A stretch of 64,000 nucleotides of DNA from sequence record OZ195934.1, one strand, 5' to 3'. Under the pieces are notes generated by a model. The model saw only the letters and a list, made by a program, of their open reading frames with translations. It ran no database searches and was not told where the DNA came from. Below are positions 23,302-35,740 of the stretch, piece by piece (position 1 is the stretch's first letter; every line of letters starts with the position of its first letter). The translations under genes and the position numbers were made by a program.

Positions 23302-24000
23302 ATGTATGATTTTTTATTCAATATTCAACACACTCTATTCACTATTGCTGATTATCCAGTAAGTGGTCTAGAGTTATGGGCTACATTAACGGGTCTGATC
23401 TGTGTAGTAATGGCGCGCATGAACTTGCGTCACAACTTCACAGTCGGTATCGTCAACTGTATTGGCTTTGCTATCTTGCTCTTCCAAGTGCAATTGTATA
23501 GCGACGTGCTACTGCAAGGCTTCTTTATCTTGGCAAGTATCTACGGTTTTGTGCAGTGGAGCAAGAAAGACGCGAACGAAGTACCGATTACGTACTTGAA
23601 TATGACTCAATGGCGTATCTCAATCATTGCAACACTCGTAGGTACGATGGCATTAGCATACTTCATTGACCCGATTATGAACGCAAGTGGTAGCTTACTA
23701 GTGAGCGACTACACACATATCCCTGCTGAACTAGCGATGCGTGATGCGTTTACGACGTGTGCAAGCATCATGGCGTTCGCTCTAATGTGTCAGCGTAAAG
23801 TCGAAGCATGGTTCTATTGGGTTGCTGTGAACGTTGTGTGCATCTTCAACTACGCTACACAAGGTGTAATTGTGCTTGCTGCTGAATACGCTGTGTTCTT
23901 AATCAACGCAATCTGGGCGCTTTGGGCTTGGCATACGACTGCACATGACAACGCAATCGCTCAAGGTAAAGAATTAGAGTTCATGAAAGAGCAAATCTAA
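23302..24000 (+). CDS. pnuC: PnuC nicotinamide riboside transporter
   Basis: Multi-TM protein with E.WATLTGLICV, QLYSDVLLQ, YGFVQW, DAFTT..S..A, RKVEAW.YW; close to nadR. Confidence 0.92.
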   Translation: MYDFLFNIQHTLFTIADYPVSGLELWATLTGLICVVMARMNLRHNFTVGIVNCIGFAILLFQVQLYSDVLLQGFFILASIYGFVQWSKKDANEVPITYLNMTQWRISIIATLVGTMALAYFIDPIMNASGSLLVSDYTHIPAELAMRDAFTTCASIMAFALMCQRKVEAWFYWVAVNVVCIFNYATQGVIVLAAEYAVFLINAIWALWAWHTTAHDNAIAQGKELEFMKEQI

Positions 24001-24943
24001 TGAAAAGACTAGTATTACGCGATGAATTCGAAGGCAGTACGCATGAGCAGATGGGTAATCTGAACTATGTCTTCGAAAAAGTGCAACCATATTGGGATGA
24101 ATGCTCGATGCTAGACAACGAAGAACGCTTTCGTCTAGCTCAGTGTCATGCAATGTGCATACGTACCGTGCTTCGCAACGCAATCATTGATGGTAATCGA
24201 TGGAAGATCATGAGGCGTCTACAGCAAGAAGAAGCTGACAGACGCGGTCATGGCGACCCAGGCAAGCTTTACTTGTACTACCCACACCATCTTGTCGATG
24301 AAGAATACCCGCTGCACCAGACCTTTCACGTGTCGTATTGCGAGAAAGATGTAGTAAACATCGAAAAAGCACTGCGCGTTAGCAAGTACGCAGGTGGTTA
24401 TAAACTACCTGCTGACCGCATGATGCACGTCGAGACGATGGAAGAAGTGTTCAACGAAATGCGATTCAAGCTGAAACGCAGATTCTTAATGTAGAGGCTA
24501 ACATGTTACTAGAAACAGTATACCACTTGATGAACGACAATGTATATACAACACTCGCGGTGATCATTGCACTTACCGCAGCGATTATGGTTGGTATCGA
24601 GACCAAGATACCTGTTTTAATCTTCATTCCGACTGTGCTGTTTACGTTTCTAGGGACTGTCGGTCTGTTCTATGTGCCAATAGGAGCACTATCATGAGCT
24701 TACCAAGCAACGCACAATTCTTTAAAGTACGCCCTTGTGGTGAACGAGTACACGTAGGCAATATGTTTTGCAACTGCGGATGGTACTATAACGAAGACCA
24801 CTTATTAGGTGACCTTGCAGATGAGATAGAACATAGTAAGATTGTCAACGGCACGATGAAGAAAGACATCGAGTGGGATTACCTTGTAGCCTATGGTTAT
24901 GCACACTCGAAAGAAAAAGTTTTAAGTTATTTGCAATAAACGG

Positions 24944-25009
24944 TTGCGCGTTGTTTCGAAAAAGCCTAATATAGCTCTATCGAAACAACGCAGCACAAGA
25001 GAGAACATT
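24944..25009 (+). promoter_or_regulatory. sigma70-type early promoter
   Basis: TTGCGC 24944-24949, 17 bp, TAATAT 24967-24972, ATCGAAAC, GAGAGAACATT-ATG 25010. Confidence 0.8.
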
Positions 25010-27827
25010 ATGAAAACACATCTACGCGACAATGCGACAACTAGTGTCGACCACATTGAACTTGATATCACAACTGAAGTTCTCGGCTGGTTTAACAATC
25101 AGTACAATCGCGCAGACGGTTGGGTTATTGTCGACCTCGATGAGTTTGAGCGCATTATGCTTGAGCACGCGAATATCGACCACTCAGACGTGTATCGCGT
25201 TATGACTGACGACCGCACGAGCTTGTGTCGCATCAATGTAGAAAGCGAATCATATGCTTTCCTCGACAATGCGGAATATATGGAAACGGGTATGCTTCGT
25301 TTCGAACGACTATCGAAGTACACTAGCTTGTACATCGATTCACACAACGCACTATTAACGCGAGGCAAATAATATGCTTAAACTAACAACTTTCAATCAA
25401 GAATTCGTCGTGCAAGTTGGCATGGCAATTCGAATTCAAAACGTACGCACTGAACAAGTCTTCACTGCGCATGTTGGTCTTATTCGCGGCACTAACGTAG
25501 CAGTGTTCGAAGAAGATGCAATCTATGTATTCAGTGCCGACGACCGTTTAGACGACACTGAAATGTTTCAACTTGCTGACAAAGCAACTCTATCACATCA
25601 CTAAGAGGTAATATTATGTTTGGATTTATTGGCGACGCTATCGACTCTGCTGTAGACTCTGTATCAAATACTGTAGATGACTTTGTACACGATCCAGTTG
25701 GTACGACTGTAGACATGGCTCTATCGCCTGTTTACAACGCTGCTGACGTTCTAGATGGGCTGACAGAAGGCGAGATTCGCGTAATGGCTGCTGCTAAACT
25801 AGGCGCTGACGTTGCGGCTGGGATGGCAATGTCTGAAATCATCGAAGCACTTTCTGAATAGGTGACTGTATGTTGAAAGCTACGACGAAATTTCAAATCT
25901 TTATGTCATTCTTGATGATGTGGCTGTCATGGGATTGGTTTAGTATCAATCACGCGACCGATGCGATACCATACTTCATTGCAATCATTCCGGGTGTTAT
26001 GTGTGGCATGGCGATTCAATCAAGCATCAACGACTTGGGAGATTATTTGAATGATAAGCGTAGTAATTAGACTACTGGCAAGTGTTGTGATGTGCTTAGT
26101 TGCACCACTTGCATATGCAAACGCAGGTAGTATCGGTGTGATATCGGCAACACTTGCAATCACTGCGATCAACTCATCGCTATTTTTAGACTTTAAACGA
26201 TTAATGGACAAACAATGAAACGAGCATTTATAGAGGCAGGCATCGGTGGTATGTCACTTGTAGGCGTACATGGCGAATACCCATACGGTCACGGTAATTA
26301 CTGCACTAATACACAAGGCTACTACTTCACCAATATCTGGGCAGAGAACTTAGAACACGTGCGCGATGTGCTGAATCTATTGCCAGATGGTAAGATAGAA
26401 GTTCTACTGTTTCGCGGTGAGTCTAAAACAAACTACGTGTATGCCTACGTTATAGACGAGCGTGTGCCGAAAGAAGCGTTACATGCTCCTTACTTCTGTG
26501 GTATTAAGACAAACACAGATATTATTCGACATCACTACGACATCCCTGACGACAAATGTCTGTGCGATTTTGACGATCTCAAGTTACTCAGTTTCCGTTC
26601 GTCAAACAACAAAGGTCGTATCAAAGCGTCATGCTACGAGTGCGATACTGTCTTCGAATTTCAGCGCGTTAGAGCAACTGGCGTATATCGTGTGCAGAAA
26701 GCTACCGATGATGGTTGGAATCGATGGGTACTCGCGTGGTTTGACGACGGGACTTTCCGACAACTACCGGATATGGTCGAGCTGTTCCCTAGCGACATCA
26801 TCAAAGTTGACGTTGAGCGCGTGCATGAATTCGGTAGCGGTGCTGAACAAAGTGGCGCGGTTGCCGTAGATGATTTCTTGTTTAACGGAATCGTTAGCAA
26901 AGATGTGAAACAATTGTAACAAAAATCGGCGTTCCTGCGGAGCTAGTGTCTTGCAGACACTTGGCTCCTTGGCGAGGTAAAGATGAACGAGGTAAATCTT
27001 ATGGGTAAAGTTCTTGATGCACGAGGCAACGAGTATGATCTTGATGCTTTATATCGCATAACACCCGCGCACATAAGCAGCGTATATCGTGAACCATCAT
27101 ACATTGGCAAAGTTACTGCTGATTTTGACTTCGCGTACAACGATGTTGAAGAAATCGAAGATGCGAAGATCGGTACGATTAAGCGTCAGCCACCACAGCT
27201 TGAGTTCGGTCACGTGTATTCATTTGTTCTTCTAGCAGATGGTAATCGCGCAGTTGGTATTTGGCATGGCTCTGAAGTTGGCTTTGCATGTGGTCCCGTT
27301 TACGTAACCAAGTCTGAAATCGACTGTTACACAATCAAGAGAATGAATAATGCACTTTAGTATTGAACAACTCGACCAGATCGAGAACAACTATCGCGTA
27401 GTTGATACAATCAATGTAGGTGAGCGTAAAGGTTCACCGCAAGCGAAGTACGTAATCGAAATCACTAAGGGCGATTACTGGCATGGCGGCATGAATGAAA
27501 TGCAGTACGTCGATGATGAACTCGTCGGTCACTGGATTCTTGAATACGCAACTGACCCGTATTGGGATGGCGTCGATAAATGCGTCAAGACTGACGAATG
27601 GACTCGCGCAGTTGAAGTGACTGTAACTACATGGGTGGCGGCAGATGAAGTGTGAATGTTGCGGTGATCCTAACGGCTCAAGTGATGGCGTAGGCATGAT
27701 TCTGTGTGATGATTGCTATTACAATGGCTATCGCGGTGATTCTCGTGCGACTACTGGTCAGACTGAGAAAGGTCAAACGGTATTCGTACCTGCAAGCCTG
27801 TTAGAAAAAGTGAAAGATGTATTGAAA

Positions 27828-27893
27828 AAGGGTTGACTTCGGTCAACCCTTTGCTGTATTCTACGTATACGAAATCAAAACGGAGAACGAAAC
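27828..27893 (+). promoter_or_regulatory. Fused terminator/promoter cassette
   Basis: GGGTTGAC-TTCG-GTCAACCC-TTT with TTGACT 27833-27838 in the stem; TATTCT 27857-27862. Confidence 0.75.
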
Positions 27894-28910
27894 ATGAAAC
27901 TTGAACAGATTAATTGGCTGTGGGATGACAACGAACGTCGTCACCATAAACGCGTATACGACTTCGTTAGCGAAATCGACGGTACTGGTATTCGTCTACT
28001 TGTGAATCGTCACAATCAATACGACTTGAAAGCCGTTCACCCCGAAGTTCCAATGTGCGATGCGTTCGAAATCGAAGAAGAAATCGACGCGACTATCAGC
28101 TTTCACAAGCAAAGCTACACAGTTGTTGAAGTAACTCGCGACTCATTCAGCGTAATGTTCTCTGAGCGTGCTTCTCCGCGTACTATTGAAGATGTGACCA
28201 CACTTATCAACGATTGCTCTTATCAGTGGTCTGAGCAGCGTATAGAGACGCTCATGCAGCGTTACGCTATCGTTTGGAACTCACATCAACAAGGTTACAT
28301 GATTGACACGGTAGTTTATGATAGGGATTGGTCATGAGTGTATCATTGTTTGAAGTATTCGTGTTCTTCGCATCGGTGATTGCACTGATTGGTATTCACG
28401 CGCTCATGTGCAAATGGTCAGACCGTTGCGCACACGACTGGATCACCGTGATAAATGAGACTACGAAAAGTCAAGGTGAGTTATACGGTGAAGCAACGGG
28501 ACGCGTACCATCACCAAAAACATCATATCAACTTGAAGAATTAACGAAGCGCAAGCGCATTGTCATTATGAAGTGCGCAAAGTGTGGGAAACTAGACAAA
28601 ACAGTGGAGACAATCTAATGCAATACACCGTAGACTTTCTAAACAACACACTAGAAGATTTGAAAAGCCAACAACTCGGTTGGGTTGTTTCACGCAATGA
28701 GAAAGCCGACAATGTTGACGAATCGCTTGAACGCGTGGATGGTATCATCGCGGCATTGGCAGTAAAAATCACTTCGCTTGAACATGATCTTGCAATCATC
28801 AAAGCGTCACGCGGTCTGAACGCGAAGTACGTGAAGAATTTAGTTGACAATCACTATCGACTTCATCATAATCTAGATGAGAATGACAATTTCATCGACG
28901 AGGCAAAATA

Positions 28911-29684
28911 ATGAGTATTGAAATCGAACGCAAATGGCTAGTGACACCAGAACAATATCGTCACTTCGTGAGCAACTTGCTTAACGCTGAGAAACAGCAA
29001 ATACAGCAACGTTACTTGCGACGCAAAGAATGCGTGTACAGTGGTGGTGCATTTTACATCTTCCCGAATCACTCAGGCTACGACACCGTGATTCTACGTG
29101 CGCCAGAGGGCTGTCCAGACTTGTCAGGTCAAGATTTACGTAAGCTTGGTGCTCGTGTGCGCTTGTACACACCATCAAACGAGGGTGAATTCACAATCAA
29201 GTTGCCAATCGGTAAAGGCGTGAAGCACGAAATCAACATCAAATTCGATGCTATCGACTTGATTGTAGATGCTGCACGTGAAGATTACGAAGCACGTGAC
29301 ACTGCCGCGACCGGTTTCATTCACAAGATTCGTTGGTCAGAGAAAGTCGATGACATTCAATACGACTGTGACCGATTCAAGAATCGCCCGTATCGCATCA
29401 TCGAAGCTGAGTTCAAGTCAATCGAAGCAGCGAACGAGTACGAGCCATGCTTTGATTACATTCGTGAAGTCACCGACGACAAAGCATTCGCGAACAAAAA
29501 CATGGCGTTTGCATTGAACGAACTCGACATCTTGAAGCACAACATCGAGATCTTTTGTAAAGAACTTGACGACGAAGCGACATACTTCATTGAAGAACGC
29601 GAAGATGTTAGCTACAAAACACACGCAAATCAGTTAAAAATGACTGCGCGTAAACTACGACTACTTACGGGGAACGATCAATGA
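28911..29684 (+). CDS. CYTH-domain (triphosphate tunnel metalloenzyme) protein
   Basis: N-terminal EIERKWL (ExExK), RVR, TIK, HEIN, K.R, D.D.F and IIEAEF strands. Confidence 0.8.
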   Translation: MSIEIERKWLVTPEQYRHFVSNLLNAEKQQIQQRYLRRKECVYSGGAFYIFPNHSGYDTVILRAPEGCPDLSGQDLRKLGARVRLYTPSNEGEFTIKLPIGKGVKHEINIKFDAIDLIVDAAREDYEARDTAATGFIHKIRWSEKVDDIQYDCDRFKNRPYRIIEAEFKSIEAANEYEPCFDYIREVTDDKAFANKNMAFALNELDILKHNIEIFCKELDDEATYFIEEREDVSYKTHANQLKMTARKLRLLTGNDQ

Positions 29685-31827
29685 GAGTTCATGCAATCGA
29701 GATCAACAATCTGACAACTGGCATGATGTGCGGTGGCGTGACTCAACAAGGTAGCTTGAACTTTAAAGTTGACCGCATTCCCGCGGAAGCAATTTATGAA
29801 CGTCACGGCAAGTTTCTGATCAGCAATACCGATGGTGTATGGCGTCATTTCACTATCGGCAGTCAAGGCGGCTTTGCAGGTCGCACATTCAAGCTGAAGA
29901 TGAAAGGCGGTAAAGTCTTCAAAGACAAAGGTTGGCACTACGAAGAATTCGAAGGCAACTTGTGGGATACTGCGGGTGGTCATGAGAAGTGCGAAGAACT
30001 TGCAGGCAGTCAATTGATCTCTATCGCGTTGCGTGCGTCTAGTGATCGTTGTCAAGTGTACTGTGGTGGTTATCTGTTCAGCTTAGAAGAAGTGATTCGT
30101 AAAATCGGCCACCTTGTTACACTGAGCAACCCAACTCAAAACCAATTCATCGACTTTGGTGGCTAATATGAATCAGTTTTTTAAATTAACAGAAGCGGGT
30201 CGCGTGAAAATTAGCAAATTTCTCACGGACGATGAAAAACTGTGCGCGGAAATTTCTGCGTATAAAGATCTCATCGAAGAGCTAGAAGCATTGCGTCACG
30301 AAAAGGCTGGTGATGTTAGTGATGAAATTGCTCACATCACACCCGCGTCTCTCATCTATATGTCTGAGCTGTATCAATCGCGTGATGATATTACGGACAA
30401 GCGAGAAGAAGAGAACAGACATCTTAACGTTGCATGGGAGGCTTGCAATGAACGCAGATCCTAATAAGCGACTTGAACGACGAGTCGCTGAACTCGAACG
30501 TCAAGTTCGAATGCTAATGAGAGTTCCAAAAGAAAGGCTTGGTACTCGCGATCCCGATTACATAATCGAAGACGACTTTGTAGAAATGCACGAAGCAGAT
30601 AATCACTTCGATGCGTTTCGTATTAAAGGTGAGCTAATCGCTGCACTGAGTCAGTCTTCAATTAACTATCTTGAACTGACGTTTGAGAACTATCCTGAAG
30701 CTGCTCGATACAAGGTTTATCAGAATCATCTTATTCAAGAGACGAAGTTGACTGACGCAGACCGTAAGAAGCTCGCTAAAACGCGCTATCTGCTCGCGTC
30801 AGAAGCGGAAGTGGGTGACGTGATAGAATGCCCGGGCTGTGGCACTAAAATCGCTAAGAAGACGTATCAGCATCGTTTCTGTTCGCATAAGATTGTCGGT
30901 CAAAGCACTTGCAAAGACTTCATCAACAATTGGTTCAATCCCAAGCGTCTTGAGCGCACGTTAAAATGGTTGGAAAGCTAATGTTCGGAATATTCAAAAA
31001 GAAAAAATGGTTCGTTGTTGGGCGTTCTGAAAATCTCGACTTATGGACGGTGACACATGACAGACCACAAGTGAAATGTCGTCTATTGCTTCTAGCGTCT
31101 GAGTGTGGTAGCCGCGACTACGTGCTTGATATGCTCGACGCATCGCCTAGCAAATTCAATTCGTCCATTCGCTACTGCATGATTGATCAGATCATCCCAC
31201 GCGAATACGTACATAAGTTCTTGAATGGGTGGACTGCTGACAAGATTAACCGCGTACACGGTCAGAAAGTGTTCAACATCGAGAAGACCCCATACGAATC
31301 ATTCAAATCGTGGAGGTAGCTAATGCCAAGTACCACTTATGTTTGTTTTGATTGTCGCACGACGAAGCGTTCTATAACTGAGCGTTTCTGGCATCACGTA
31401 TCGCACGCTGATCCGTCATTGACGTGTCAACATTGTCGCGGTGAAATGAAACCGTTGTCTAGCAGTCACGCGATACCAAAGAAGAGCGACGACAAAGCAT
31501 GGAGAGCTTTGATGCAGCACGTAAGCCAACTGCGCATCAAACAAGAAGCTGAAAACCGTTGGCGAAATCATAACAGATGCGTGAGGTTACGCGATGAAGC
31601 ACAGAATAGTACATCTTAAAGACGGTCTTGGTATAGACGTGTATCGTCTTCAGTATAAAACGACTTTCTTTCCATTCTGGCGATGGGTGAAAGGTCACGG
31701 AGAAGGCGGATCGTACGGGATTCGTGAGTTCATGACATCAACGACCGCAGAACAGCATATCACGACTCGATTGAATCGAATCAAGAGTCGCAAGCTGCGC
31801 ATAGTCGCATATCGAGAAGCACCTTAG
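29681..31827 (+). other. Six hypothetical ORFs; 30448-30981 and 31323-31619 carry Zn-ribbon Cys motifs
   Basis: CPGCG...FCS...C; CFDC...CQHC. Confidence 0.7.
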
Positions 31828-31925
31828 GGTGCTTTTTTTCGGTTTATTGAAAATAAAGCTTGCATCGTGTTTAGAATAAGCCTAATATGTGTATATCGAA
31901 ACGAAACACAGACAGAGAGAACATT
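31817..31925 (+). promoter_or_regulatory. Terminator followed by sigma70 promoter
   Basis: AAGCACC-TTAG-GGTGCTT-TTTTT; TTGCAT 31860-31865, 17 bp, TAATAT 31883-31888; ATG at 31926. Confidence 0.8.
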
Positions 31926-33890
31926 ATGATTCATCAAACTTCAGAACTAAACGAGCTAATCACTTCAATCGTTCGCAAGCAACTTAAAGATAAAGAAATG
32001 ACTTATGTTCATCTTTACCGCGAACCACGTAAGACTGAAACTCAGTCAAACATCGGTGGTAAGTCGATTCGCTTCTGTGGTGTTCGTACTCGTAACATTT
32101 CTTTCGAACGCTTGCAAACTGTACTATCAGACATCGATAACGAACTAGCGCAACACGGTTACAAAACACTGCTGCGTTCTATGGGCGGTCAGCGTTACTT
32201 CAATACGATTCAAGTAATGAGAGGTTAATATGATTGAGAAGCTTGAGCATATGCTAACCGTGGGTGATATCACGTACGGTTCGTCGTGGGATGAATTCAT
32301 CAAACTCAATGACGACGATAAGATGATCGTTCTTAATGGCACTCTTAAAGATGGTAAGAAGCTGCCGACGTTTGAACACGAAGAGCTTGATCATGTTCTC
32401 GCTACGATTAAACAGTCATTATCTGACCGAGTGAGCGCAATCAATCCGTTGAATCGTTTCATCGTGATTCATTCAGATCACAAAAAATTCAAAGTTCGAT
32501 TTGGTTACGGTGGTATTAGTAAATCACCTGCGAACTTTATTCATGAAATTACAATTGGAGTTAAAAACAAATGATGGATCCCTCAGTAGATATGGACAAC
32601 TGGTCTGAGTTGTCAAAAGATGAGCGTAGTGATCGTCGTCGTGCGATGAATGCAGAACGCGATAAGATGCAAGATACAGTAGACGCACTGTGTGACGCAC
32701 TGCGATACGATCTTGATAGCTATGAAGTTCATACGCACACAATCAAGTTCGACAACGGTACTGAACTGTGGCGTAGCGATTTGAGTCAAATCTGGACAGG
32801 TACGACTACTGAAACAGTCTTCACGCACAAGCAAGCAAGAGAGATTTCAGATGCGTATATCGAGGGGCGTGAAACTAAGAAGACTCGCGCTCAAGAACAA
32901 ATGCAAAAACGCTTCGCGCCTAAGCCGAAGAAAGAAAAGAAAACCGCACCCGTTGAAATAGAAACTAACGGAACTAACGGAACTAATTTAGTCGATGACC
33001 GACCTTGGTGGAGATTTTGGTAATGAACGATACAAAAACAAAACTAGCACTTGCGATCAGTGCAATGAATGAATTCGATGTTGATGTAACATACTCGGCA
33101 GCAAAAGAAACAGATCGCACGAATCGCGGCCCGAGTGTCATGCACGCTCTACCTGCAAACATAAAAGAAATGTGGAAGCATCGTGATGAGTTAAACGCTC
33201 GTATCGTACGCACAATTTACAACACTGGCATTACGATCAGAGAGGGACTTCAAGTAATCGATGATCCACTCGCTGCAATCGGTAAGCGTGTGTCTAAAAA
33301 ATCAGGCAAGCCGTTTAAAGGTGGCGATGATGTCATCACTATTCATGGTGTAATCAAGCACCCGAACACAAAAGGTTATGCGTTCACTTACATGTACGTC
33401 GATGTTCATGGGACTGCTCAGACTTCATACGTACATACATCAATGGTTAAAATCGACTTATCAGAATACACGGAGCTATTCAATGCTAACTAATCTAAGC
33501 ACATTCATTCAAGACAACCCATTCAAAGCACTAGGTCTAGCACTTCTAATTGGTGTTGTTGGTACTAAAATCGTACAAGAGAATCCGCTTGAAGAAAAGC
33601 CATTACTCAAGTATCGAGTAGTGTACGAGCACACGGCAGAATACGGTCGCGAATGTGGCGATACCGGTCCCGGTTACTACTGGTTTGCACAAGAGCTACA
33701 CGAGGGCTTTCTGTCAGATTCATGGGAACCAATGGGTTGGTGTGCTGACACAGAACGCAAAGCGATTGCAAACGCAGAAGATGTAATCAAGAAGCGCGTT
33801 GAAACGATGAACTCTAAGAACAAAGTTTATCAAGCATGGGCAACTAAAGAAGACTCTGTTCGCTTCGAACCGTTAAAGGTGGAAGAATGA
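31926..33890 (+). other. Five hypothetical ORFs (31926-32228, 32230-32574, 32571-33023, about 33023-33493, about 33483-33890)
   Basis: Contiguous ORFs. Confidence 0.7.
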
Positions 33891-34216
33891 TTGAACTTCA
33901 TATCTTAATTGCACTGTTCGCAGTGCATTTCATTGCTGATTTCTTCGTACAGACAGAACATCAAGCACTGAACAAAAGCAAAAACATTTGGCCACTTACT
34001 CGTCACTGCATTACATACGGATTGTGTTTCTTACCATTCGGTGCAGTGTTCGCAATCTTAACTGGTATGCTGCATATCGTTGTTGATTATGCGACATCGC
34101 GAATGACAAGTAAGCTTTGGGCAAAAGGCGAGACTCGTAAATTCTTCCAAGTTATTGGGCTAGATCAGTTCTTACACGCGATTAGTTTAGTAACAGTTTA
34201 CGTTATTTTGCAATAA
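33887..34216 (+). CDS. DUF3307-family membrane protein
   Basis: HFIADFFVQ...H...LHIVVDY...DQFLH His/Asp pattern. Confidence 0.8.
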   Translation: MIELHILIALFAVHFIADFFVQTEHQALNKSKNIWPLTRHCITYGLCFLPFGAVFAILTGMLHIVVDYATSRMTSKLWAKGETRKFFQVIGLDQFLHAISLVTVYVILQ

Positions 34217-34223
34217 TCGAGAT

Positions 34224-34295
34224 AAAGTGGTTGCGCATTGCAGCCACTTTCAGTATTATAGCTCTACTTCCAGAGAACTTAAACAAGAGAACATT
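34224..34295 (+). promoter_or_regulatory. Hairpin-embedded sigma70 promoter
   Basis: AAAGTGGTTGC-GCATT-GCAGCCACTTT; TTGCGC 34231-34236, 17 bp, TATTAT 34254-34259; ATG at 34296. Confidence 0.75.
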
Positions 34296-35050
34296 ATGAA
34301 AATCAACTTACGCAAACTTCTAATGTGGTGGGACGAGCAAGAACAACTAGCTGACGTGTTCACTGAGTTCGTTCTAGAATACGCAATGAAAGCAGGTAGC
34401 GACAACTTCGTTTCTGACTATGCACGTGTTCTACGCGATTCTGGCAAGTTTACAGTGCCGAATCTAGCTGACTTAGAAAGTCTATTGCGTCATGCTGGTT
34501 TGAATACAGAGTTCGACGGTCGTCAAACTCGCGTTAATCTATAGAGGTAATCATGTTCAAGAAATTCTGGTACAAATTATTCGGTGATCCTGAATGGAAA
34601 GTTGCGGGCTATACAAAGCAACATAGTTTTTCAGTGACTTGTTCATGGGGTGATACAGGCAAGGTTACGTGCCGTGCAGTTGTTCTAGTCAACAAACACG
34701 ACGAACGTACCATCAAAATTGTGTATGATGAATATGACTACACTCAGTCATTAAGTGACACACATCATCGTCTCATTGACAAGATTATTTCTGTTAAAAA
34801 GCAAAATCTGATTCACAGTAGTATGTCAACGAAGAAGCTCAACTCGTATGACGACTTTGACTTGTGTCTACACCATAACGCATTCTTTGATTGGGAATCA
34901 TTCAACGACGATTTCATATACGGTGAAGTCAATCTAGATGGCACATTAATCGAAAAGAGCGAAGCGGAATAATGGTAGAGGCGGAAAAATTCCGTCTCAT
35001 CTTAGTGGTATTAGTGAATTTAGTAGTATTAGAGATATTAGGAGTATTAT

Positions 35051-35740
35051 ATGAATCGTAAACTTGCACTTGTAGCTGCATTTGCAGCATTTGCAATGAC
35101 TGGCTGTAATGATGTTACACTCGCAACAACAACAAACGATAAAATTGTTGCAGTGCGTGATGTTTTAAATCACGAAGAATCTGTTATGATTAATCGCTGG
35201 CTTCAATTAGCAAGTGGCGATTCGTACTTGTACGATGATATGTGGGCTGCGCTTGCAACTCGTAACAAGTATGGCGGTACGTCAAATAAACGCGCAGACT
35301 CAGAACTACCATTCTGTGATGTGATCGAGGGTGTCGTAAAGAGTGAAAAACGTATACGTGATTCATTCAAAGGCACGTTGTCTAATCAGTGGAAGACGAA
35401 ATACGGTTTGACTCTTGCTCAACAGTGTGATTACACGCCACCACTGACGAAGAAAGAAAAAATGGCGTTGCTTGAAGAGCGAGAAATCGATCTTAAACTT
35501 GAAGACGCATCACCGAAGCCAACAACGATGAACGAAGTCGTTGATTCGGTTAACACGTTGCTTGACCCGCATGAGTATGACTATCTGATTGAGTCTGCGC
35601 GTGAGTGTAAACGTGCTAAGGTGAAGTTGTTGAGTCTGACTAACGTAGGTCAACCATTGACGATACAAGACGGTGACGACGCTCGTAAGCTAATCATCGA
35701 ATGTAAAATGCACAAACTAGAAGTGGAATTGAACAAATGA
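35051..35740 (+). CDS. Predicted lipoprotein, paralog of 51674-52393
   Basis: Signal peptide with lipobox MTGC; PFCDVI, QW..KYG.TL..QC, C.RAK.KL, C.MH.LEVELNK. Confidence 0.8.
   Translation: MNRKLALVAAFAAFAMTGCNDVTLATTTNDKIVAVRDVLNHEESVMINRWLQLASGDSYLYDDMWAALATRNKYGGTSNKRADSELPFCDVIEGVVKSEKRIRDSFKGTLSNQWKTKYGLTLAQQCDYTPPLTKKEKMALLEEREIDLKLEDASPKPTTMNEVVDSVNTLLDPHEYDYLIESARECKRAKVKLLSLTNVGQPLTIQDGDDARKLIIECKMHKLEVELNK

Larger units (their letters stand above)
24000..28911 (+). other. Array of about 15 small hypothetical ORFs, containing two promoter cassettes
   Basis: Contiguous + strand ORFs, e.g. 24000-24494, 25010-25372, 25616-25861, 26215-26919, 26983-27360, 27894-28337. Confidence 0.7.

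Noticed and set aside
26903-26920. TGTGA near 26904 as another CRP box
   Set aside because: No TCACA half-site at the 6-bp spacing, and no promoter cassette follows.
26930-26974. Possible tRNA
   Set aside because: A single hairpin with no cloverleaf, T-loop or CCA. I recognised no tRNA anywhere in the window, though tRNAscan-SE was not run.
32963-32986. AACTAACGG tandem repeat
   Set aside because: A short in-frame duplication (TNGTNGTN) in a disordered tail; probably slippage with no wider significance.
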